A stretch of DNA of 30,133 nucleotides, from positions 1-30,133 of IMG/VR virus record IMGVR_UViG_3300024581_003098. The stretch is one strand, 5' to 3'. The stretch comes from a virus. Positions within the stretch are counted from its first letter, which is position 1; every line of letters begins with the position of its first letter. Positions 1-6,689 of this stretch are shown piece by piece. A program made the translations under genes and the position numbers. The notes beneath the pieces were generated by a model. It made no database searches and was not told where the DNA came from. It saw only the letters and a program-made list of their open reading frames with translations.

Positions 1-99
1 AAGACAAAGGGCAATTCCTTGGGATTGATCAGCTCCAAATCAATCTCATCATCAAATCCTAGAAAGAGGGTTTCAATCTGCTCATGATTGTCAATGAAA
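1..99. repeat. Terminal direct repeat, copy A (identical to 30035-30133); assembly overlap of a circular or circularly permuted genome
   Basis: Read directly: nt 1-99 and nt 30035-30133 are the same 99-nt string (aagacaaagggcaattcc...gattgtcaatgaaa), offset 30034. Confidence 0.95.
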
Positions 100-152
100 T
101 TCTTGAATTCCTTGACGAAGCTGATGAGGGTCCTGTATTCATTTGCTTGCAT
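1..152 (-). CDS. 5' end of the gene cut by the linearisation point (joins 29677-30133); ATG at 152-150
   Basis: The frame of ORF 29677-30072 stays open through the repeat and on to an in-frame ATG at 152, with an upstream stop at 207-209. The added residues MQANEYRTLISFVKEFKNFIDNHEQIETLFLGFDDEID look like real protein. The track start at 30072 is only a TTG. Confidence 0.6.
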   Translation of the reverse strand, partial: MQANEYRTLISFVKEFKNFIDNHEQIETLFLGFDDEIDLELINPKELPFV

Positions 153-285
153 CGGGCATCTTGTTTCTCTTCGATATATGAAGATCCAATTCGTAGCAAA
201 GGAATGTCAAGGCCGACCTGATATTGAGGGCCGTGATAGCCTCTATCTTGAGGATATCTCCTTGAGCCAAATGATAGAGGGTCAT
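139..285 (-). CDS. Small hypothetical protein, 48 aa (MTLYHLAQGDILKIEAITALNIRSALTFLCYELDLHISKRNKMPDASK); not in the ORF track
   Basis: Manual translation: ATG at 285-283, TGA at 141-139. Composition is more protein-like than the competing 79-aa frame (59-298). It overlaps the ATG at 152 by 14 nt. Confidence 0.3.
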   Translation of the reverse strand: MTLYHLAQGDILKIEAITALNIRSALTFLCYELDLHISKRNKMPDASK

Positions 286-305
286 ATACCACCCCCATTT
301 AGAAC

Positions 306-848
306 CTAGGTCTGAGGCTTCTCCTCCTTCAAAGATGGGAGAGAATTCTTGACGAAGCTCATCCCTAGCGACAAAAAAAAATTGAGAGAGCCTAGGACAT
401 CGGGCATCTTCATCTCCAGCATGATTTCAGAGTCCTCATGGCTGGTATATGGCTTGATTTGATAGGATTGAAAAGCCTCTTCGATGACAGGCCTGTAGAG
501 GATGGCCATAATCTTTGGCAAATTCTCAAGGGGATTCTGGCAAAGAGAATCCAAATCAACGAATTCACCGACGCTCATCTCTGACAGATTTGGATGAAAG
601 CCGTATTTCAGGCCTCTGAGCTCAATGAATCGCTTGTGCTTATACTTATCCTCATCTGTCTGCTCAATCGAGCTGAGAAGGGCCTCTAATTCAATGAGAG
701 AGCTTTTCTCCATTCGCTTGATATCCTCCTTGCTGATGTCGCAGAGAATCGCTATCTGCCCAAGGGTATCAGATGGGTCGATTTTGCCAAGCTCTAGATA
801 TTGGCCCAAATTGATATCCTCGAAGGATGTCGGGACGGTGATTTTCAT
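306..848 (-). CDS. Hypothetical protein, 180 aa, directly downstream of terL
   Basis: ATG start overlaps the terL stop (ATGA at 845-848). Acidic protein with no motif I recognise. Confidence 0.8.
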   Translation of the reverse strand: MKITVPTSFEDINLGQYLELGKIDPSDTLGQIAILCDISKEDIKRMEKSSLIELEALLSSIEQTDEDKYKHKRFIELRGLKYGFHPNLSEMSVGEFVDLDSLCQNPLENLPKIMAILYRPVIEEAFQSYQIKPYTSHEDSEIMLEMKMPDVLGSLNFFLSLGMSFVKNSLPSLKEEKPQT

Positions 849-1999
849 GCTATGAAATATTGGCCTCTTCGGTTCGTTGCTAATTTATTCAAGCAGACAT
901 ATCGGACCGCATCCATGGCATGATCATGGCCTTGATCAGGCTGATTGAGCATCCTGCCATTCTTATCCGTCTGCCATTTGTAATTCTGAATCTCCTTGAT
1001 CAGATTCAGGCTCTTCTTGTGAATATGCAGCTTGTGTCGCTTCATGATATCAATCCCTTGATTGATGCTATCTCGGCCCTTCTTGGAGGGCTTGATATTG
1101 AAGCCAAGCCGAAAAATCTCCTCAATGCTTTTGGGCTCAGCAGAATCGGCGATGATTTCAGCCCTGCCCTCAATCAAGCTCTTGAATCTTTCTCCCAAAT
1201 CCAGATTGGTCAAGCCTGTCTCGTAGAGAAGCTCCTGAAGGTATAGATGATGGCCCTTCTTGAAGACAGAGATGAGGGCTGAGGGATCATTGGTGAAGCC
1301 CCAATCAAGGCCATGAGCAATGAATTGAGCTCCCTCTGGAATTTCATCGACAAGCTCGAATCTAGGAAAGATCGCAGCCATGTTGATTCCTCTCTCTCCT
1401 AGGCCATAGACCCTCCAATAATTTTCGTCTGTCTCCTTGAGCCTCTCAATCTCTTCGATGATATTGGCTCCCAAATGAGGATTGTCCTTGTAGCTGGATT
1501 GAAAGAATGAGCAATCATCCCGCGTCAAGATGTGATCATAAATCCATGAGAAGGCATCTGAGGGGTTATAGTCCAAGATCATCAGCTCGGTCGTCCTCAT
1601 ATTGATCTGACGAAAATCCTCCAAGGTCAGATTGTTTGCCTCATTCAAAAAAGCGACCTGTCTTTTTCGGCCCTTGATTTTTGAGGGCTGGTCGACAGAT
1701 AGGAATTCGATGAGATTGCCAAAGAGCAGATACGTCGCTTGGCTCTTGTTGTGATTGGCCTCATCGTACCATCCTTCACGATCCAGGATCTCAAAAAAGT
1801 CCCTCATGACTGATGCCCTGATAGCAGGCATTGTCTTTCGGACTATCGTGAAGACCCATCCAGCATGCTGATTGGCCCAGCACCATTCAGCAATGACTTG
1901 GCAAATTGAAAATGTCTTGCCTGATCTCGTCCCTCCTTGATGGACCTGAATCCTTGTCCGCGCCCCTTTGCAATCGTAATATGTCTTGGGTTGCTTCAA
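845..1999 (-). CDS. terL: Terminase large subunit (PBSX / Terminase_3-6-like, headful type)
   Basis: Walker A GGTRSGKT at residues 22-29 and a Walker B-like VAFLNEA. Nuclease-domain motifs DWGFTNDPSA, ADSAEPKS and HDHAMDAVRY. The only start upstream of Walker A is TTG at 1999, with TAA two codons upstream. Confidence 0.93.
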   Translation of the reverse strand: MKQPKTYYDCKGARTRIQVHQGGTRSGKTFSICQVIAEWCWANQHAGWVFTIVRKTMPAIRASVMRDFFEILDREGWYDEANHNKSQATYLLFGNLIEFLSVDQPSKIKGRKRQVAFLNEANNLTLEDFRQINMRTTELMILDYNPSDAFSWIYDHILTRDDCSFFQSSYKDNPHLGANIIEEIERLKETDENYWRVYGLGERGINMAAIFPRFELVDEIPEGAQFIAHGLDWGFTNDPSALISVFKKGHHLYLQELLYETGLTNLDLGERFKSLIEGRAEIIADSAEPKSIEEIFRLGFNIKPSKKGRDSINQGIDIMKRHKLHIHKKSLNLIKEIQNYKWQTDKNGRMLNQPDQGHDHAMDAVRYVCLNKLATNRRGQYFIA

Positions 2000-2124
2000 G
2001 CCTTAGCTCGTCGAGTCAATTTCAAAAGGCCATAGCCTATCAAGGCCAGCAATGAGACATTGATGAGATTGGGATGCCAATGCTCTCCGCATAGGCCAAG
2101 GAGGTGATATAGATATTCATTCAT
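1996..2124 (-). CDS. Small ORF, 42 aa (MNEYLYHLLGLCGEHWHPNLINVSLLALIGYGLLKLTRRAKA), filling the terS-terL gap; not in the ORF track
   Basis: Translated codon by codon. ATG at 2124 overlaps the terS end by 8 nt. Its TGA (1998-1996) overlaps the TTG start of terL (TTGA). It has a hydrophobic segment, VSLLALIGYGLL. Confidence 0.4.
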   Translation of the reverse strand: MNEYLYHLLGLCGEHWHPNLINVSLLALIGYGLLKLTRRAKA

Positions 2125-2455
2125 CTTCTTCAGAATTAAACCAAGAAGGCTTTTTGTTTGGCTCATGGATTGTCATCTCTTGGCTCTCGACATAGCCCCT
2201 TCTCTTTCCTTTGGTCTTTAGAAAGAAAATGGTTGCCGCCGTATTGCCATCGGCTATTAGCTTGTGCAATCGGCTCTCAGCAAAATCCAAGGTCTGATCA
2301 TTGATATCATCGACCCTCTTCTTGAATTCAGGATCTTTCATCCATTCATAGAATTGAGATCGGCTGATGCCTGATGATCGGCATGCCGTCGTGATGACCC
2401 CAAGGGATTTCTCAAGTGCTTGGAGGAGGGCCTCCTGTTTGCTCTTATTTGCCAT
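2117..2455 (-). CDS. terS: Terminase small subunit (HTH type)
   Basis: 112 aa. N-terminal HTH (GISRSQFYEWMKD) and TIFFLKTKGKRRGY, as in small terminases. Located upstream of terL. Confidence 0.7.
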   Translation of the reverse strand: MANKSKQEALLQALEKSLGVITTACRSSGISRSQFYEWMKDPEFKKRVDDINDQTLDFAESRLHKLIADGNTAATIFFLKTKGKRRGYVESQEMTIHEPNKKPSWFNSEEDE

Positions 2456-3287
2456 TCATCGTCAAGGATAGAAATTCAGCGCGGACATCCCCATCTTGAA
2501 AGACCCCTGTCAGCTTGCTTGTCCTTGTCTTGGCATTGGGCTTCTTGACGCCCCTCATGGCCATACAAAGGTGCTCAGCCTCAAGGACGACCCCGACCCC
2601 TAGAGGATCGAGCTCTTCCATCAGGAAATCAGCAACCTGATTGGTGATGCGCTCTTGATTCTGGAATCTACGAGAATAGGTCTCCAAGGTTCGGGCCAAT
2701 TTAGAGAGGCCGACAATCCTGTCTTTTGGGATATAGGCTATATGTCCGATGCCAAAGAAGGGAGCCAAATGATGCTCACAGAGAGAATAGAAAGGGATGT
2801 TTGTTTGGACAATCATCTGATCATATCCCTCAGAGCTGAAGGTCGTCAATTTCCATTCTGGAGGGCTCAAGAATTCGCTGAGAAATTTGATATACCTCTT
2901 GGGCGTCTCTTGGAGGCCTTCACGATTGGCATCATCAAAGGATTGAATGACCCGACGCATGTGGGATTCGACATCCCGCTCAACAGATTCTTCCCATGGA
3001 AAGGATAGCCATCGGCCTGAGACATTAGGATCTGTCTGCTTATCGTAGAGGGCAACAAAAGGCTTTCCATATTTCATGACATATTCATCCCTCGTCGCCC
3101 CTGAATCAATCAAATCATCAAGGATGATATCAGCTTCCTCAGGCGTGGCCGCGATTTGCTCAGGATCAAGCATCTGAGCGATGATGGCCCCTCCTCTTGG
3201 GACCCCGTAATATTTCTGCTCAGGCTGGATGATTTCAGAGAGGCGGGCTCTAAGCTCTTGCCAAGAAAAATTCAAAGGATGTTCCAT
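2445..3287 (-). CDS. folE: Fusion protein: N-terminal Gpt-like phosphoribosyltransferase domain + GTP cyclohydrolase I (FolE)
   Basis: The first ~100 residues carry YGVPRGG and the PRPP motif DIILDDLIDSGAT, and end in WLSFPWEE as in E. coli Gpt. The remainder is FolE: ETPKRY, CEHHLAPFFG, VGLSKLAR, RFQNQERIT, EHLCMAMRGV. Confidence 0.88.
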   Translation of the reverse strand: MEHPLNFSWQELRARLSEIIQPEQKYYGVPRGGAIIAQMLDPEQIAATPEEADIILDDLIDSGATRDEYVMKYGKPFVALYDKQTDPNVSGRWLSFPWEESVERDVESHMRRVIQSFDDANREGLQETPKRYIKFLSEFLSPPEWKLTTFSSEGYDQMIVQTNIPFYSLCEHHLAPFFGIGHIAYIPKDRIVGLSKLARTLETYSRRFQNQERITNQVADFLMEELDPLGVGVVLEAEHLCMAMRGVKKPNAKTRTSKLTGVFQDGDVRAEFLSLTMNGK

Positions 3288-3871
3288 AGCTTGTGGTCTT
3301 GGATGCTGAGCCTCCAGATAGGATGATCAAGACAAAGATTCATGCAGTGCCGAATATTCTCCTCATTCGGCTCCCATCCATCAAAATGAGGGCTCAGGAA
3401 AAGATGATCAGCGGTGATGCTAGGCTCTGGAATGACTTGGCCAGCATGACGGACATATCTGAGCTCATCGACATGCGTGAAATTCTTTGCAATGACATGC
3501 TCCGCGACCTTAGGAGAAAGGCTGACAAAATCAAGCTCCTTGCTCACGGGGAATAGCCCGCTCGTCTCAATGGCCTGAAAATATCCTTTAGCATGAAAAA
3601 ATTGTACGACCTCATCGGTAATCCTATCGGCTGGCTCTCCTCCTGTCCAGATGATACTCCTGCAATTGACAGAGAGCCTTTCCATCTGCTGAAGGATCTC
3701 ATCCAAGGTCATATCTGCCCCGCTTTCAAATTCGGTGTCGCATTTAATTCCTGAGGCGAAACAGGCATGCTTGGCTTTGCATCCTTGGATGCGAATGAAA
3801 AAATTTGCGGTCCCCGTGCGGACCCCCTCTCCTTGGAGAGAATAGAAAATTTCAGAGACAGGAAGATTCAT
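3272..3871 (-). CDS. queE: 7-carboxy-7-deazaguanine synthase (radical SAM, QueE)
   Basis: MNLPVSEIFYSLQGEG, then the Cys-rich segment IRIQGCKAKHACFASGIKCDTEF, then WTGGEP. The track start at 3916 is TTG; the first ATG at 3871 gives a canonical N-terminus. Confidence 0.88.
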   Translation of the reverse strand: MNLPVSEIFYSLQGEGVRTGTANFFIRIQGCKAKHACFASGIKCDTEFESGADMTLDEILQQMERLSVNCRSIIWTGGEPADRITDEVVQFFHAKGYFQAIETSGLFPVSKELDFVSLSPKVAEHVIAKNFTHVDELRYVRHAGQVIPEPSITADHLFLSPHFDGWEPNEENIRHCMNLCLDHPIWRLSIQDHKLWNIL

Positions 3872-4283
3872 AGCTGACGGTGCTGGATTTGGTTTCGGCA
3901 AGCTCAATCTTGTCAAGCTCAGCCCTGACCCCTAGGCGTTGGCCTAGATCCTGGATGGCAAGAGAAAGCTCTTGGAAAAAATGAAAGACAAGATTCTCGG
4001 CTGATGTTTCAAATGGGAGGGCAATGAATGGCTCATTGGCCTCTCTTAAAACAGGGACCAAAGGATCATCCTCAGATAGCATGAGATGATGATCATAGCC
4101 CTTGAAATAGGGTTCACAAATTGCATCTATATCCTGAAAGAGGATGGCGACATCTTTTTGCCATTCGGGAAAGCGAAGAAAGACAGAGACCTCATAGGTG
4201 TGCCCATGCAGGCGGGAGCATTTTTCTCCAGCCATCAGATTGCGATGCCCTGCGTAGAAGTGATATTTTTTCTGAATCTTCAT
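3852..4283 (-). CDS. queD: 6-carboxy-5,6,7,8-tetrahydropterin synthase (QueD)
   Basis: YHFYAGHRN and CSRLHGHTYEV motifs. ATG at 4283 forms ATGA with the queC stop; an alternative ATG lies at 4289. The track start at 4364 lies out of frame inside queC. Confidence 0.88.
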   Translation of the reverse strand: MKIQKKYHFYAGHRNLMAGEKCSRLHGHTYEVSVFLRFPEWQKDVAILFQDIDAICEPYFKGYDHHLMLSEDDPLVPVLREANEPFIALPFETSAENLVFHFFQELSLAIQDLGQRLGVRAELDKIELAETKSSTVSYESSCL

Positions 4284-4957
4284 ACCCATCCTCTTTCCTT
4301 GGCTTGCCGATATCCCTTGGCCCTTAGGACTGAGGCTGGATTGTCCTCCTTGCCGTAGCCCCATTCATTTTCTGTCATATCCCCATTGTAATCGGTCATG
4401 GTCTTGGTCCTGATTTGCTCGATGCAATCAAGATCTCCAGCCAATTTCCACGTCTCGGCCTTATCCAAATTCATCAGAGGCGTCCAGATGCGAATCTTGC
4501 CCATGCCCATTCCAAGAAGCAGGGTCTCCTCTAGGCTATTGATTGTCTCTCTTCGACAATCTGGATAGCCTGAGAAATCGGTTTCACAGACCCCCGTGAC
4601 TATATCTCTGATGCCATGGGCTGAAGCCTTGGCGGCAACTATAGTCAAGAAAAGGATGTTTCTTGCTGGCACGAAAGAAGCTGGCAATTCAGGATTCAAA
4701 GGATGAGCCTCATTGTGATCAGAGCCATCCAAGAGCGATGAATTCCCAAGAAGCCCCTCAATATCAATAATCTCATGAGGGCAATCATTCTCAGAGGCCA
4801 ATCTCTTTGCCATCTCAATTTCGACAGAATGCTTTTGTCCATATTGAAAAGAAAAGCAGAAGACCTCATCAAATTCCTTCAGAGCCCAAAAGAGGGATGT
4901 CCCTGAATCTTGGCCTCCAGAAAGCAGGAGGGCGCATCTAGTAGTATTGTTCGGCAT
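4280..4957 (-). CDS. queC: 7-cyano-7-deazaguanine synthase-like protein (QueC family) lacking the C-terminal zinc-cysteine cluster
   Basis: PP-loop ALLLSGGQDSG, FVPARN and VTGVCETDFSGYPDCR. The C-terminus reads TDYNGDMTENEWGYGKEDNPASVLRAKGY where QueC normally has C-x8-C-x2-C-x2-C. The ATG at 4957 gives a QueC-like N-terminus. Confidence 0.88.
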   Translation of the reverse strand: MPNNTTRCALLLSGGQDSGTSLFWALKEFDEVFCFSFQYGQKHSVEIEMAKRLASENDCPHEIIDIEGLLGNSSLLDGSDHNEAHPLNPELPASFVPARNILFLTIVAAKASAHGIRDIVTGVCETDFSGYPDCRRETINSLEETLLLGMGMGKIRIWTPLMNLDKAETWKLAGDLDCIEQIRTKTMTDYNGDMTENEWGYGKEDNPASVLRAKGYRQAKERGWV

Positions 4958-5795
4958 ATTTTCCAAATTTGATCCATTCATTGAAATTGTGCATTGCGAC
5001 TTTTCGCCCGTTGATTTTTTTGCCTGCTGGCCTCTCAATCTTTCTCATATTCCTCCCATCAAAGTGATAGAGAAAGCCTCCCATATTGCCAGCCAGCCAA
5101 GCCGTCGAATCAACAGAGTCAAATTTGATTTTGGGCAGCAGCTCCAATCTGGTGAATCCTAGGCCATGGACCCTGCAATCATTTTCCTTGGCTATTTGTA
5201 TGAGCTTGACGAAGATGGGAAACTCCTCTTTTTTTATCTCTTTAGTTACGATGCCCCCAATGGCCACGAGCTCATAATCTTTGACCATCCCTTTCCAATA
5301 GTCCAGCCCTCTTGATTTATGCCAGACAGGGATGCAGGGAAATTGTGTCCTCGTCTCCAATCGCCTTCTCAGCTTTTCGACATCCTTGAGGGGCATGATT
5401 GAATCAAGGTCCAGCTCCAAAAATTGAGAGCATTGAAGCTCCTTGATAGCCTCAGAATATCTGTCGATGTATCGAGTCCAATTTGGGGCCTCCTTTTTCT
5501 GCTTATTCATAAAGGTAAAAGCTCCAGAATCCAGCATGAAGTCCTTGAAGTGCTCCCTGTGATCTCGGTAGAAGGGAATGCTCTCTTGGATGTAATAGTA
5601 GCTCTCAAGGACGTAGGGCAAATCGGTCGTCATCTGATAGCTGGGCAAGGGCTTCTCCCTTTCTTTTAGAAAGCGTCTTGCGGCCTCTTCGATGAGGAAA
5701 GGCCTGCTCCAAGTCCCGACTTGATATATCTTCATGTATTCTGTCCAAAAGGGGCGCAGATTGCCCGTGACGCCCCCTGCCATGTAGATTTTCAC
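4938..5795 (-). CDS. dpdA: DpdA-family DNA 7-deazaguanine transglycosylase (TGT-like)
   Basis: FMLDSGAFTF (TGT-like DSG Asp), RVHGLGFT and FDSVDSTAW. 285 aa, adjacent to queC. GTG at 5795 overlaps the ParB-like stop (GTGA); an alternative ATG lies at 5783. Confidence 0.78.
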   Translation of the reverse strand: MKIYMAGGVTGNLRPFWTEYMKIYQVGTWSRPFLIEEAARRFLKEREKPLPSYQMTTDLPYVLESYYYIQESIPFYRDHREHFKDFMLDSGAFTFMNKQKKEAPNWTRYIDRYSEAIKELQCSQFLELDLDSIMPLKDVEKLRRRLETRTQFPCIPVWHKSRGLDYWKGMVKDYELVAIGGIVTKEIKKEEFPIFVKLIQIAKENDCRVHGLGFTRLELLPKIKFDSVDSTAWLAGNMGGFLYHFDGRNMRKIERPAGKKINGRKVAMHNFNEWIKFGKYAEQYY

Positions 5796-6331
5796 AGGCC
5801 TAGCAATTTCATGACAATGGCTTCCCTGGATCCTTGCAATTGGCTGAAGGCCTCAATGACCTTCTCATAATCATCAGCCGAATAATCTAGGACAATTTGA
5901 GTCTTTGGAGCTTTCTCCTCATCCTCTGTGTCTTCAAAAAATTCGTCGAGATCAAGCTCAGGATTCCAAATGTCCAGACCCCAAGATTGGAGCTCTCCAG
6001 CATCATATTCATTGGCCAAGAGATCATAGTCCCAAGCCCCAAACGGCACATTGTCCTTGATGATGAATTCCTCTTTCTCCTTTTCGGTCGCTCCTTCTAT
6101 CTTTTCGACCAAGACCTCTTTGATTCCAGCCTCTTTGAGGGCTCTCAATCGCTGGTTGCCCCCTAGGACAATATTTTCCTCATCAATGACAAGGGGCCTC
6201 AATTGAAGCATCCAAGGGGCTGTCTTGATGGAATCAACAAGAAGGTGAAATTTCTCCTCGGTGATGGAACGAGGATTGTCGGGATTGGGCCGTATCTGCT
6301 CAATCTTGAGGGTCTGACGCGATATCTTCAC
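5792..6331 (-). CDS. ParB N-terminal-domain (ParB/Srx superfamily) protein with an acidic C-terminal tail
   Basis: IEQIRPNPDNPR and VLGGNQRLRALKEAGIKEV are the ParB box motifs. There is an acidic stretch, DLDEFFEDTEDEE. 179 aa. Confidence 0.8.
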   Translation of the reverse strand: MKISRQTLKIEQIRPNPDNPRSITEEKFHLLVDSIKTAPWMLQLRPLVIDEENIVLGGNQRLRALKEAGIKEVLVEKIEGATEKEKEEFIIKDNVPFGAWDYDLLANEYDAGELQSWGLDIWNPELDLDEFFEDTEDEEKAPKTQIVLDYSADDYEKVIEAFSQLQGSREAIVMKLLGL

Positions 6332-6689
6332 AGGAATTCAGATAGATGGTTTCTAATTGAGCAAAATTGTTTTTGAGGCATGATCCGCATCGAGTGAATT
6401 TGAGCTTGCGCCCTCCATATTCCCTCATCATCTGAATCATCATCTGCTGCTTGTCTAGCTCGATTCGGGGCCAATCGCGCCAATCTTTCAGATGCTCCTC
6501 ATATTCTCGACGGCCCTCAGCGTCCATGCCTTGAGCGTATGGAAAAAGCTGATTGAGCTTCTCTCGACGCTCATCGCATCCACAATCATCTCCAGCGATG
6601 GCCTTGACAATCTTCTTGATGCCCGTGGCCTCGGTTATCTTCTCGATGGTATCGCCTAGGCCCTTAGAGGATTTTGTCTTGGATTTCAT
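6300..6689 (-). CDS. Hypothetical Cys-containing protein, 129 aa
   Basis: Lys-rich N-terminus. Cys pairs DDCGCD and RCGSC plus NSC suggest metal binding. It overlaps neighbouring genes by 26 and 32 nt. Confidence 0.7.
   Translation of the reverse strand: MKSKTKSSKGLGDTIEKITEATGIKKIVKAIAGDDCGCDERREKLNQLFPYAQGMDAEGRREYEEHLKDWRDWPRIELDKQQMMIQMMREYGGRKLKFTRCGSCLKNNFAQLETIYLNSCEDIASDPQD

Noticed and set aside
1-99. The 99-nt end repeat as a biological direct terminal repeat or att-like site
   Set aside because: It sits in the middle of an open reading frame, is exactly identical at the contig termini, and the terL is of the headful type. An assembly overlap of a circular sequence is the simpler reading. 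Read-terminus analysis would be needed to be sure.
59-298. 79-aa minus-strand ORF from the track, between gene 306-848 and the junction gene
   Set aside because: Its 3' 94 nt overlap out of frame with the clearly protein-like extension of the junction gene (ATG at 152). Its translation is S/R/G/P-rich, like an off-frame read. The alternative 48-aa frame (139-285) fits better, though also weakly.
5781-5792. tgtagatttt on the plus strand at the dpdA start, resembling the TGTAGATT box
   Set aside because: It is in the opposite orientation to all genes and lies within coding sequence (the MKIYMA codons). It is probably coincidental.
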